The notes under the pieces were generated by a model. It did not search any database. It saw nothing but the letters and a program-made list of their open reading frames with translations, and was not told the origin of the DNA. The position numbers and the translations under genes were made by a program. Source: Octopus sinensis (lineage: Eukaryota). From it: 46,428 bases of DNA. The stretch lies in NCBI RefSeq assembly GCF_006345805.1, contig NW_021834635.1:1-46428 (forward strand). Direction: 5' to 3'. Below are positions 1-12,571 of the stretch, piece after piece (the first letter of the stretch is position 1; every line of letters starts with the position of its first letter).

Positions 1-20
1 CTGTATATACATGACAGCTT

Positions 21-81
21 ACAAACACACACCACACACACCACACACACACACACACACACATACACACAATCACACATA

Positions 82-172
<91 letters not shown>
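21..172. repeat. (CA)n/(TA)n compound microsatellite
   Basis: Direct inspection; lies at the 3' end of the minus-strand RTE fragment. Confidence 0.95.
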
Positions 173-470
173 ATGGCCGTCCATTGCTGACCTTTAGGAA
201 CATTGTTCGCTCTAGGACTAATTTAGCATTTGCGGCTCCGTTGGTGGCTATTGAGCCCTGCTCTTGACAAGCATGCACGACTACAAACATTGCAAACCAA
301 GCTTTCCACATTCACTACACCAGCAGTGCGCTTTCGAGCAACACGTTGAAGTTCTTCATGCAGAATACGTGCTCTTTCAAAGGTGAAGACCTCCTCCTTA
401 ACCTACTTCGTCCATCTGTTCCTCCATCTATGGCTATGACAAGCATTGCCCTCCCAGTCGGCCTCCTGCA
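173..470 (-). mobile_element. 3' end of an RTE-clade LINE (decayed ORF C-terminus plus short 3' UTR)
   Basis: Minus frame 468->223 reads ...RWRNRWTK*VKEEVFTFERARILHEELQRVARKRTAG...LVCNVCSRACLSRAGLNSHQRSRKC*. This matches the RTE C-terminal pattern WR..V....FE..R....KR..RK...CxxCxRxCxSRxGLxSHxR. A ~50-nt UTR then runs into a microsatellite tail. Confidence 0.8.
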
Positions 471-484
471 TATATATATATAAT

Positions 485-775
485 GGAGGCGCAATGGCCC
501 AGTGGTTAGGGCAGCGGGCTCGCGGTCGTAAGATCGCGGTTTTGATTCCCAGACCGGGTGTTGTGAGTGTTTATTGAGCGAAAACACCTTAAAAAAGCTC
601 CACGAGGCTCCGGCAGGGGATAATGGTGATCCCTGCTGTACTCTTTCACCACTCTTTCTTCTCTGGGCCTGCTCGCTTAGCCAGCGGGGTGGTGTCATTC
701 GAAGGCTAAAACAATACGAACGCATTGTGACCAGCGATGTGTAACAACATCTGATGGTCTGGTCGGTCACGTGAT
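485..775 (+). mobile_element. tRNA-derived SINE (family E)
   Basis: tRNA-like head GGAGGCGCAATGGCCCAGTGGTTAGG...TTTGATTCCC with A/B-box-like motifs; body shared with 12258-12571. Confidence 0.8.
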
Positions 776-1224
776 GATATATATATATACACACACATGA
801 ACATGCACGCACACACACACACACACACACACGCACACACACACGCACACACACAAACACACATTATAGTTACGACTGTTTCTACCAAACTTGGTGTGCT
901 GACTCAATGCAATGCAGAAATAGTATATCTGAAATTTTAGTTTTCTCGTTGGGCTTTTAAAACTATAATCACTAGGTGGCACTAGCTCCACATTTCAGCA
1001 TTTCCGCTGCCTACATCCTTTTAAATGCAAGAGAGCTGTGGAATAAAAGTGTATTGATACATTTTTAAGATTACTGAATTACAAATTGCGCAATGCAAAG
1101 GTTCAAAACTAGGCTATTTTAAGACAGAAGCCACTACAAGCATTCGATAACATACAAAATTAAAAACAATACATATTTTTAACTTTATAGGTTTAATTCA
1201 AATTTTAAATAACTATAAGAAAAA

Positions 1225-1633
1225 GGGTGCTGTGTGGTAAGTAGCTTCCTTACCAACCACATGGTTTCGGGTTCAATCCCACTGCGTGGCATCTTGGGCA
1301 AGTGTATTCTGCTATAGCCCCGGGCCGACCAATGCCTTGTGAGTGGATTTGGTAGACGGAAACTGAAAGAAGCCTGTCGTATATATGTATATATATATAT
1401 ATGTATGCATGTGTGTGTTTGTGTGTCTGTGTTTGTCCCCCTAGCATTGCTTGACAACCGATGCTGGTGTGTTTACGTCCCCGTCACTTAGCGGTTTGGC
1501 AAAAAGAGACCGATAGAATAAGTACTGGGCTTACAAAAAGAATAAGTCCCGGGGTCGAGTTGCTCGACTAAAGGCGGTGCTCCAGCATGGCCGCAGTCAA
1601 ATGACTGAAACAAGTAAAAGAGTAAAAAGAGTA
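1225..1633 (+). mobile_element. SINE family A (tRNA head, CORE-like segment ACCTTGGGCAAG, internal microsatellite, CR1-type tail)
   Basis: About 11 related copies in the window; ends in (GTAAAAGA)n. Confidence 0.9.
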
Positions 1634-3331
1634 ATAACATGTTAGATAAAATAAATCGAAGCATAAGTTTCTCCTTTTTACAAACATCATAAAGATTTTG
1701 AGGGCACTTGGTTGCCCGTTCTGCATTCTGATTTATTCTGAGTTCTCGACTCCATAAGTTTTTTACAGATTTCAATGCTTCTTATGAACTTGCAGGCTAC
1801 CTCACAACCTTTGATAATCATGTGCATTGAACATTTGGTCAGTAAACCAAAACTCTACCCAGCTGTAAGAGATGAATCGACAAACATTGAGAAGTAGAAC
1901 TCTTTTCTCTGGTAGAAGGATAAATGCCCAAAGAGCTAGTATTGCTTGAGAATTCCATCTTGCATTACTTAAGTTGCATTTTTTTGAAACTTTACAACAG
2001 AAACGAAATAGAAATTTCATGTCATCTCACTATCCTGCTGATTCAGTAATCTTTTCTTCACCATTGCTGAAATTAGTCAAGAGTTTCTCGTAATTACGTA
2101 GAAGCTCTGGGATGAATGTATATTTAATACTGGGAGATGACTTTTTTTCTCCAAGTTCTTTATCCATTACAACATGAAGAAATCTATCAAGGATATGATG
2201 CTGACAACCAATAGATTGCGGTTCTTTCAAACCCTTTTGAGCAAACAGTCTTTGTAACTAAATGACAATGCTATTTCTTTTCCCAGAGTTCACACAAATT
2301 GTATCAGTGACAATCATTTCTACATAGCTCCATAAATTTATTCATTTAAAACAGCTGTTATTCCTTTCACAACATTATCAACTTTTCCTTTTGGTAACTG
2401 TAGTGCATCTAGCTTAACTTATAACTGTTCATTCTTTAAAACTAGCACTTGGTATTCTTGGTCATCAATACATTTACCATCAAAATGCAATGACCAGTTT
2501 TCTAAATGTAGTGTTTTCTTCATTTTCTTTTTAAGTTTAACAGCTTCTTTGATAGTTGATCTGTAAACACCAGATTGGGAATGAGACTCGACATTGATTC
2601 CATCTTGAGATAATTATCCACAAACGGTTGTTGCTTTTTAAGTTGATAGCTTGGAAGATATTACTAACTTGGTTGCAGTTCCAGTTTTGCTATACTTCTT
2701 CCTTGCTTGCGTAAATTTTTCATCTGATTTTTCGGACTCTTTATATTCATTTTTAGTTTCTGCTTCAGACGTTGACGAAGGCACTGGAGTTTCTCTGACT
2801 GAAGTTGGCATTAAGGACACTTTTCTTCTTTTGGAATGGATGGATAGTTTTGGAATTGGCTGCCTTTCCAGTTCCATACCCAGCCTGTCCCTTGCTTTCA
2901 ATTTCAAGATAATATAACCTTCTATCCTCACTGTACAGCCATTCAGCGTTTTCCTTTGTGATGTCATAAATTACTTTCAATGAATCGTATTTTCCTTGTT
3001 TTACACATTTATCGTAGGTATTCAGCACTGTTTCTTCTTTTGCTTGTATATTTTGAATTGATAAAAATGGGAAATTTAATTTATTTTGCCATAAAAAAGT
3101 TACTTCTTGTGAAATTTCCTTAGTTCTTTCTTTATTTTGATGGTACCTCCAAGGAAAAAGTAGCAACCGACAATTTGAAGTTCCATTGGTATCCTACAGT
3201 TGTTTTCCAAAGAATGCTCTTCTAGAGGAAGAGGTCTTTTTTTCCTATGTGAGTCTTGAAATTGCACAGGATTCTTTGTCCAGAATTTTGTTTCTTTGAG
3301 TGACACAAGTACTTCTCTTATGAGACATCAT
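1634..3331 (-). pseudogene. DDE transposase pseudogene (hAT-related)
   Basis: Manual translation across stops and frameshifts gives WSLHFDGK (D1), MIVTDTICVNSGK (D2), IGCQHHILDR (CxxH), LSNARWNS and NQNAERA (E), in the order and spacing expected for hATm-like transposases. ATG at 3331. Confidence 0.75.
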
Positions 3332-4040
3332 TTTAGATACTCTAGTTGGACAAGTCTAATATTTTGAAAAACAGTTAATATAGTCAGAGTTTTTAGCGTC
3401 ACAGAAATAAAAAAGAGAGGAGAGGATATTTCCTAAAGTAGGGCCTAAGTGGTAACAAATTAGAAACACTGTAACTCTTAAACTACTTAAACTTGAAAGC
3501 TGAAAATTGAGATATACTGCTTCTGCATTGCACAAGTTTGGTAAACACTTGAGCAGGCATTATGAACCCCACTAGAATTTTGCAGGACTTGGGTCAAAAG
3601 TGGTGTTAGATTTCTTCAGTTGTGGGGTGACGTTTTTTTAAAAGGATCGTACAATAAAGGTTATGATCCCTACTTATATAAAATTGTTCATCGACTTTTG
3701 ATACAGGAAATTATTTACTTTCAAAAAATCAAAACGTCATAACCCTTATATATATATATATTGATAGAAATGGTAAGACAACGAAAGAAACCTCGATATT
3801 ATGTAAATAGAGGAATTTATCACATATTACATTTACATACACACACACACACATATATATATACATACGTATGTATGTATATTTATATTATGCTTAAATA
3901 TCTCTTTAAGTATATATGCATAAACTATTTCTGTAACTTTGAATGTGTATACACACACACATACACACACAAACAAACACAAACACATATATTTATGTGT
4001 ACAACGTATGTATATGGTTGATGTATATCATATAGGCCTG

Positions 4041-4055
4041 TCTATCCCTCTATCC

Positions 4056-4103
<48 letters not shown>

Positions 4104-4115
4104 CTACCTACCTAC

Positions 4116-4202
<87 letters not shown>

Positions 4203-4316
4203 CTACCTACCTACCTACCTACCTACCTATCTACATACTTACTACCTACCTCCCTACCGGTCTGTCTGTCTATCTACTTACCTATCTATCTACCTACCCA
4301 TCTATCTATTTATCTA
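4041..4316. repeat. (CTAT)n/(CTAC)n tetranucleotide microsatellite, no LINE inserted
   Basis: Direct inspection. Confidence 0.95.
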
Positions 4317-4844
4317 TGTGTGTATGTATAAATTGAAATGCGTGTAAATATGCCCATAATCCTGTATCTAAATATTTATATATGTTTTTTGTTCGCTATT
4401 ATTCTACAATCGAAAGCAATTCTCCTGGTGTGACCTATCCGGAACAGTATGATGCCGTACATATTCTATTTCGATGTATTTGCACGTTTAATCATAGAAT
4501 ATTCTATTTATGTTTTTTTTCTCCGTCGAGCTTTTCAATATCTGTCCTTGCAATCGAGAATTTGATACAGGTGAAATGAAATAGCTGGAGATTTTAATAT
4601 ATTTTGTAGTCAAATTTTGGAAATCGGTGTCTAAGTTTTGAACAGATATTAACATTCAAAATAGATGCATAGAGACGTGCATACATTTGTAAACACAAAT
4701 ATAACTTCCTGGCGGGTATTTGTTTAGATTGATTGCCATCAGAGAGTTAAGGACGCCATTTTATATTTCGAACATATGAGAAGAGTAAAACATTTTGAAC
4801 GGTTGAGTGATATTAATGAAAGGAATTTACTATGCAAAGAATAT

Positions 4845-4857
4845 GTATATGTATATG

Positions 4858-4931
<74 letters not shown>

Positions 4932-4983
4932 TTATTTATATATATATGTGTGTGTGGGTACGTGCGTATATGTGTATATATAT

Positions 4984-5040
<57 letters not shown>
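4845..5040. repeat. (AT)n microsatellite
   Basis: Direct inspection. Confidence 0.95.
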
Positions 5041-5041
<1 letters not shown>

Positions 5042-5043
5042 AA

Positions 5044-5310
5044 GTAGGAGTAGCTGTGTGGTAAGTAGTTTGCTTGCCAACCACATGGTTCTGAGATGGT
5101 GAACTGGCAGAATCGTTACAGTGCCGGATAAAGTGCTTAACTGTATTTTTTCAGGCTTTTAACGTTCTGAGTCAAATGCGGCCCCACGGTGGACTTTGCC
5201 TTTCCTCCTTCCGGGCGGGATAAAATAAAGTACCAGTTCTGAATAGCGGTCAATGTAATCGTCTTCCCCTTCCCCTCAGAATTGTTCGACTTGTACCAAA
5301 ATTAGAGAGA
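5044..5310 (+). mobile_element. SINE A head stub joined to a diverged SINE B (B2 tail type)
   Basis: GTAGGAGTAGCTGTGTGGTAAG head to ~5090, then GGTGAACTGGCAGAATCGTTA...GACTTTGCCTTTCCTCCTT...GATAAAATAAAGTACCAG. Confidence 0.75.
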
Positions 5311-7295
5311 AATTATATACATCTTCATAGACAGGCAATGAGGGATTCGCCGAACAAGTTCTAAAGCTGTGCCGAGGTTTCATTAACAACTAAATACCAT
5401 CTTTAGTGTGGTTATATTTGCCTTTACATACAGTGTTGGTTTAAAAAAAAAAACTAAAGATATATTCTATTGTATAGTAGACTAGTGAAACAAAACACTG
5501 TTAATGCACCAGTAATTTGTTTTATCAGTTATAAGACTAAAATTATGTGTGAAAGGGAAAGAGGGCCGAGAGATAAATATAGTTACACATAAAGATAACA
5601 AGGTTTACAGTTCCAACTTGTAATCTAATTTTCTTCACGTTTATCCCCATCTCGATATCAAACTTAATTTGCGCCTTTTTTCCTTTCCTATATTTATCTG
5701 TTGGCGCTGTCTTTATTTTTTGTGTAAATATAATTTGACCTTTCCTTGAGTGTCTGTAACTACGAAGCTTAACAGTCTTTTTAACTTCGTTTCATTTGTC
5801 ATTCTCTCTCTCTTTCTCTCTCTCTCTGTTCTAACTTCTACTTCTGTTTACTCAATCACTGCTCTGCTCTCTATTTTTCTCTAATAACACGGGAAAACAA
5901 CAAAAATTTTAAACGTAATCTACTCGAAACGAACAATTTGTTAGCAAGGACCCCCATATAATTGTCTAGCTGTTTCTTAAACAGATCACAGTATAACTTA
6001 ATCAACGCTGAAGGTAATTTTACAAAGACATACTTTTTGATTATTATAAGTATAGACATTATTGGCGTGTATTGTAGCGATTAGTGAACCAGTAGATGGC
6101 GGAGAAGACTTGAAAATAATAACAAAACGCTTAAATAGTCTTTGAACGTCTAGACGAAATCTAAATAGCGTTAGGCATGATCTCTGAACCTAAGTAATTG
6201 GCAGTTCATAGCCTATGGCACTTCGTTCTCTGCTACAGTGACTGGCAGTTTGAGTATTGCTCAAAGGTGGGAGAATGGCAATGACAGGAAGATTCCAAAC
6301 AATTTTGTTTCATTTTCCTATTTTCTGTGCGGTAACATTTGAACACAAAATCAGATTTTCCCTCAAATTTTCCTGAAGTTAATAACGTTAACGTTCATTG
6401 CTCTGGAAAATCGTACATGGTTTATTGCATAGTATAATGGGAAAGGTTGGTTATTCGTCCCCTGTCACTGTCATTTCTAATACGTTGTGTCCCAGATGGC
6501 CCTCACTGAATAGGAATAATATGCTGTTGTTATTGTTGTTTACATAGGGTGGGGGCACAATAAAATTAACAAGCATTTCATTAGTTTCCTCTGCTGAATT
6601 CAATGGCGAAGCCAACACAGAAACTGGATTCCGTTTCAGCTACAGGTCAGGTGGGCTTGTAATCATTTGATTACTAAATAATTTGATCAGCTAACAACAA
6701 AAATACCGACAAAGGAAAGAAGCTAAGAGGCGATTTATTCCAATTTATTCTTCCTTTAACAAATATTCAACCATGAATCAAAGCTAGAAATAATGAAACT
6801 TTACTAACGTAAATCGTCAAGTTGAGATATTATCAAAAACTTCCCTTGCTTGTTAGTAACTATAAAGACACTACTACCTCGTCTCAAGACTTAGAATTCT
6901 TTTTTTTGATCATGTAGACAAGAACGACTAAGATTTGTAATCCTTTTGATTTTTACTGGTTCTTCAGAACAGACTGAGGTTGATGTTATTGAAGTTCAAC
7001 TTCGTTTATTTTTTTATGGCGAAGTTTGTAGAAGGAAATGCGAACATGGATGAAGTATCAGAAATTTGCATGTCTATGAACTAAGAATAGATCAGGAAAA
7101 AACGTATTTGATATGAATTTTGGCTGGCGAATAACAACAGCGATGGCAAGAAGAGTGACTAACGTATCAGGTGGAATTGGATGATGTTTGTTTTTTTTGT
7201 TGTTGTTTTTTAAATATCAGTTCTAACATTTCAAAACAAACCAAAGAGAGGAAATAGTGCGTCTTTAGACTAGTGATTGTAATATGATGATAAAG

Positions 7296-7565
7296 GTTAG
7301 GGCAGCGAACTGGTCGATAAAATAAGTCCAGTTGAGCACTGGGGTATATGTAACCGACTTACCACCTGTCCCCGAAATCGATAGCCTTATGCCAAAATTT
7401 GAAACCAGTATTTTGTCTGATTCTAGGACGGCGAGCTGGCAGAATCGTTACCGTTCAAGCTAAAATGCTGAGCGGCATATCGTCCGTCTTCTCGCTCTGA
7501 GTTCAAATTTCACCGAGGTCGACTTTGTCTTTCATTCTTTCGGAGTCGATAAAGTAATTACCTTG
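7296..7565 (+). mobile_element. Two partial SINE B copies
   Basis: GGCGAGCTGGCAGAATCGTTA head and GGTCGACTTTGTCTTTCATTCTTTCGGAGTCGATAAA core; the upstream copy is internally deleted. Confidence 0.7.
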
Positions 7566-7599
7566 TAATTGACGCAACTTTAATTCTTAGGTCATTCTT

Positions 7600-7920
7600 G
7601 TGAAGACGCGTGGGTTAGTGGTTAGTTTATTCGGCTCACAATTGTAAGTTGTGAGTTCGATTCCAGGTAGCGCCGTATGTCTTGAGCAGCCGCTTTATTT
7701 TACGTTGCTCCAGTCCACTCAGCAGGTAAAAATGCTTTGTTCTTGTAATTCAAAGGGCCACCCTTATTCCATTTTGCGTCACGCTGAATCTCCCTGAGAA
7801 CTACGTTAAAGACACACCGGTCTGTGGAATACTCAGCCACTTGCACGTTGATTCCACGACCAGTTTGTTCCATTGATTTGATCAACTGGAAAACTCGGTG
7901 TCGTAACCGACGGAGTCCCA
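7600..7920 (+). mobile_element. tRNA-derived SINE (family C)
   Basis: Head with GAGTTCGATTCC B-box, body GTTGCTCCAGTCCACTCAGC, tail GTCGTAACCGACGGAGT; inverted homolog at 13386-13655. Confidence 0.8.
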
Positions 7921-8629
7921 TTTTGTTTTTCTATAACTTACATCCTGTAATCTAGTTCATTCAGTAATTTATTCACCAAAACAAACCAATCTTCAATTAT
8001 ACATGATGCTGGAAAACGCAATCATTTTGTTCCCATTTCGTTCCATAACATTGGTTTGTGTTTTAGAGTCTTTTAACGACTCCAAATTTCAGTCTTTCTG
8101 TATTTTATACATCACTGGTTCGTAACAATTTTCCAAAGGCAGCTTCCTTTTGTCCACGATATTTTTAGACGGCAACTGTCACAAAAAATTAATTAAAGAA
8201 ATTCCTTCAAACACTTTTATTTAATATCCTTGGGATTGATGCTTTTTCTGCTAAATATAGATTCTTCGGTTCAATATCATGAACTTCATTGTTATGTCAC
8301 TTTGTACAACGTCCAATTTCTTTATGTAGTGAATTGTTTCGCCAAAATATACGCAGCTTCAACGATGTTGGCAAACGCAATTATTTTGTAGCAATTTCCA
8401 CCCAAAACATTGGTTATAATGTTTTAGAATGTTTTGATGGCCAAAATCTAGACTTTCTTATTTTATCATATCTATATTTGGTGCTAAGGCAGTGAGCTGG
8501 CGGACTCGTAACAACGTCGGACAAAATGTTTAGCGGCGTTTCTTCCGGGTCTTTGCTCTCTCTGACTTCAGTGTTTCAATGAACAAAATCCAATCTTTCT
8601 TATTTTATCGTATCTATATTTAGTGCTGT

Positions 8630-8877
8630 GGAGGCGCGTGGCTTAGTGATTAGGGTGTCAGCATCATGATCATAAGATTGTGGTTTCGATTCCTGGACCA
8701 GGGCGACGCGTTGTGTTCTTGAGCAAAACATTTCATTTCACGTTGCTCCAGTCCACTCAGCTGGCAAAAATGAGCACCGCTGCGATGGACTGGCGTCCCG
8801 TCCAGCTGAGGAAGACATAAGCCATTGAAACCGGGAAACCTGGCCCATGAGCCTGGCTAGGCCTTAAAAGGGTGCAT
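8630..8877 (+). mobile_element. tRNA-derived SINE (family D)
   Basis: GGAGGCGCGTGGCTTAGTG head, GTTTCGATTCC B-box, body shared with family C, different tail GCGATGGACTGGCGTCCCGTCCAG. Confidence 0.8.
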
Positions 8878-9275
8878 CTATTATTTATTATATTTGGTGC
8901 TAAGGCAGTGAGCTGGCGGAATCATTTGACCGTCGGACGAAATGCCTAGCGGCATTTCTTTCGGTTCTTTGCGCTCTGAGTCCAAATCCCGCCGAGGTCT
9001 CAAATTTGCTTTCCATCTTTTCGGAGTCGATAAAATAACGTATGAATCAAGTACAGGTGTCGATATAATTGATTTGTTTCCTCCTGCGCAAAACTACTGG
9101 CTTTGGAACCTGAAGGGGACTAACGCTGGGTTCGGGCTGGGAGATGTTGTGATCTCGGTTTTATACATGAAAATTGGGTAACCAGCCTTATGAGTGCCAG
9201 AGCTCAGGATATAAAAAAAAGAGATATTTTGTGCTATCGTAGTATCGTAATTCGATAAATGCTTTTATATATATA

Positions 9276-9779
9276 CTAGCAGTATCGCCTGGCGTTGCTC
9301 GGGTTTGTAAGGGAAATAACTATACAGCATTTTTAGAGAGTTATAGCCAAAAAATAGCAAAAAAATGCATTAAAAATGGAAAAAATATGATGCTAAATTT
9401 TTTTAAAAATCGTTGACTCATCGTAGACATTTTTAGAGAGTTACTTCCCTTTAAAAATATATGATTGATTGATTGATTCCAGTTTCAGCTCATGAGCTGT
9501 GGCCATGCTGGGGCATGAAAATGGAAAAAAATGATGGTAAATTATTTTTAAAATCGTAGACTCATCGTAGACATTTTTAGAGAGTTACTTCCCTTATCGA
9601 AAAAATGCATTAAAATGGAAAAAAATGATGGTAATTTTTTTTAAAATTGGAGACTCATCGTAGACGCGCGCTAATACCCAGAAGGGCTCGATATGAATCA
9701 CGACTATAATGGGGGAGTAGTTAGGAATCTAAATCGAAGGGGACAGACACTCATACAACTACAGTTTTATATATAAAGA
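9276..9779 (-). mobile_element. Non-autonomous Helitron
   Basis: Minus strand starts A|TCTTTATATAT and ends with a subterminal hairpin and CTAG|T, without TSD. Internal ~100-bp subrepeats; homologous copy at 43010-43386; carries a ~40-nt LINE-tail insertion at ~9478-9516. Confidence 0.8.
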
Positions 9780-10265
9780 TATATTTTTATATCCGTCATC
9801 ATCGCAACAAAATACGTCTATCATGAATGGTTTTACTTCAAAGGAACACATAAGAATTTTATTTTTTTGTTCTTACTCATTTTTAACGATAATAAGTATC
9901 CAGAATATATTTCAAGATCCATTTTGTCAAGTAAAAGAATTTTTTCGCTATCTCAAGCTTGCTGTGAAATATTTCTAGAATTAAATTTGCTTGAAAAAGT
10001 TTCTCCATTTTTTTTTTCCTTACCTAAATGCTTCCAATATTATTTTACAATCAATCAATGTAACAGATTTTCCCTGAATTTAAAATTATGCCTCATTAAA
10101 CTTTCAAAATATCCAAACTAAATAATGTATGCTATTTTTATATTTGTTTACTTTCTTTAGATATTCATACGCCTCCTACTTTCTAGAAAGTTTAACCAGC
10201 ATATCATAAAGGCTTATAAATCTTAGTAAGTGGTTTCTCTTGGAGAGACATCTGACTTCTAATGG

Positions 10266-10640
10266 TTTGCTTGTTTCAGTCATAAGAGCGCGGCCATTCC
10301 GAGGCACTGCTTGAAGTGGTTTAATCAAACGAAATGTACTTAATTTCTAACACTTTCTAAAATCTGGTAGTTATTTTATCGGTGTTTTGGCTGAACTACT
10401 AAGTTATGCGCCCCTAAATAAAACAACACCGGTTGCGATATAGTATGCTGACAAACACAAGAACACACATATACATACATGCTCACACACATACATGTAT
10501 GTATGTACACACACACACACACAAGGTTTCCGGTCAGTTTCCGTTTTCTAAATAAATTCCTTCACGAAGAATTGGTAATCTCGGGGTTAAAGTAGAAAAC
10601 ACCTGCCCGAGGTGGAATGCAGGTGAACTGAATCCAAAGA
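10266..10640 (-). mobile_element. Old, degenerate SINE A-like copy
   Basis: Recognisable reverse-complement tail TTGTTTCAGTCA...GCGGCCAT and body GTAGAAAACACCTGCCCGAGGTG. Confidence 0.6.
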
Positions 10641-10677
10641 AACGAAGTTGCGAAGGTGGCTCCTTTTCTGTATATAC

Positions 10678-11073
10678 TCTTTTACTCTTTACTCTTTTAC
10701 TTGTTTCAGTCATTTGACTGCGGCCATGCTGGAGTACAGCCTTTAGTCGAGCAAATCGACCCCAGGACTTATTTCTTTGTTAGCCTAGTACTTATTCTAT
10801 CGGTCTCTTTTGTCGAACCGCTAAGTTACGGGGACGTAAACACACCACTATCGGTTGTCAAACGATGTTGGGGGACAAAAACAGACACACAAACATATAC
10901 ACACATACATATATACGACGGGCTTCTTTCAGTTTCCGTCTACCAAATCCACTCACAAGGCTTTGGTCAGCCCGAGGCTAAAGTAGAAGACACTTACCCA
11001 AGGTGCCACGCAGTGGAAATGAACCCAGAACCATGTGGTTGGTAAGCAAGCTACTTACCACACAGCCACTCCT
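10678..11073 (-). mobile_element. SINE family A
   Basis: Reverse complement of the 1225-1633 family, near full length. Confidence 0.9.
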
Positions 11074-11601
11074 CTTCTATATAGAAGAAATTTTATATAA
11101 TATTTATTAAGATTTGCACAAAACAAGAAGGTGGCCTTATTTGTGTGATTTTTATTTATGGATTTATTTAATAACGTATACTTTGAAAATGAAAATGGAC
11201 TGACACTCTTTGATTGCGTCTGTGACTAAAGCAATCCATTGCAATGATCCCAGAGTAAGTTTTATCAAATGTGTTACATATGAAGCATCCATGTCTTCCG
11301 ACAGTTGTAGTAGCCCAGGAGCAATCGAAACGAAATGTTCCAATGCAGCTTTACTCAGACCGGAACCTTAAACATTTGCCTGTCCAAAGCATTTTCATAA
11401 GTTTGTTATAAACGTCCATGCTTGTTGTCTGACTTTTAGCTCGCCCTTGTTTTATACGTTCTGTGTATTAGAACTTTCCTTCAAAAAGTCTAAAGTTACT
11501 GTGGAGGTTTAAAAAAATGGATGTCCTTAAATCCTTAAAAATGTTTTAGCCCGAAGGCCGCGGTCATGCTGGGGCGTGTATCAATTATATATTTTTTCTT
11601 T

Positions 11602-12198
11602 TTTTATTGCCCACAAGGGACTAAACATAGAGGGGACAAACAAGGAAAGACAAAGGGATTAAGTCAATTACATCGACCCCCGTGCGTAACTGGTACTTAA
11701 TTTATCGACCCCGAAAGGATGAAAGGCAAAGTCGATCTCGGCGGAATTTGAACTCAGAACGTAACGGCAGACGAAATACCTATTTCTTTACTACCCGCAA
11801 GGGGCTAAACACAGAGTAGACAAACAAGGATAGACAGACGGTTTAAGTCGATTTAATCGACTCCAGTGCGTAACTGGTACTTAATTTATCGACCCCGAAA
11901 GGATGAAAGGCAAAGTCGACGTCGGCGGAATTTGAACTCAGAACGTAACGGCAGACGAAATACCTATTTCTTTACTACCCGCAAGGGGCTAAACACAGAG
12001 TAGACAAACAAGGATAGACAGACGGATTAAGTCGATTACATCGACCCCAGTGCGTAACTGGTACTTATTTAATTGACCCCGAAAGGATGAAAGGCAAAGT
12101 CGACCTTGGTTGAATTTGAACTCAGAACGTAACGACAGACGAAAATACGGCTACGCATTTCGCCCGGCGTGCTAACGTTTCTGCCAGCTCGCCGCCTT
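11602..12198 (-). mobile_element. SINE B1 head-to-tail trimer (one head, three body-tail units, 184-bp period)
   Basis: Unit boundaries TATTTCTTTACT at 11781 and 11965; single head ending at 12198. Confidence 0.9.
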
Positions 12199-12257
12199 GT
12201 ATGTGTATCATACATGATGCACAGATGCTAAGGAAATATATATGTGTATCACACGCG

Positions 12258-12571
12258 TTGTATGTTTTTATTGAGCGAAAATACCTTAAGCTCCACGAGG
12301 CTCCGGCAGTGGGTGGTGGCGACCCCTGTTGTACTCTCTCGCTCCAACTTTCTCTCACTCTTTCTTCCTGTTTCTTGTCCCCGGCTTCCTATGCAACCGC
12401 TGAGCCTGGGAGCGCATTCATCCATCCGTCGATGCTCTCGGTGTCGAGGGTTGACCTGCTTTCTCTTCTGCGGGTCTTACGAATAGCAAAGGACCACGTT
12501 TCGGACTTCTCCCATCTTGCGAGCTCTGGGACGAAGACCGTTCGCTCAACAGCAATAGCAACAGGACAAGC
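12258..12571 (+). mobile_element. 5'-truncated SINE sharing the family E body but with a different 3' tail
   Basis: TTTATTGAGCGAAAA...AAGCTCCACGAGGCTCCGGCAG shared with 485-775; ends in a degenerate (AAC)n-like tail. Confidence 0.65.

Larger units (their letters stand above)
883..3575 (-). mobile_element. Fossil cut-and-paste DNA transposon, hAT-related (hATm-like), with subterminal inverted repeats
   Basis: Imperfect inverted repeat between 883-945 and 3495-3543 brackets a decayed DDE transposase; interrupted by a SINE at 1225-1633. True termini not resolved. Confidence 0.65.

Noticed and set aside
485-560. tRNA genes at SINE heads (also 7600, 8630, 19238)
   Set aside because: They lack a complete cloverleaf and acceptor stem and continue into SINE bodies.
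5871-6059. FVKLPSALIKLYCDLFKKQLD resembling a very old CR1 ORF2 C-terminus
   Set aside because: The similarity is limited to a few residues; too weak to call without a search.
10024-10073. 50-nt minus-strand micro-exon GKSVTLIDCKIILEAF with AG/GTAAGG boundaries
   Set aside because: Short, AT-rich and without recognisable homology; such matches are expected by chance in 46 kb.
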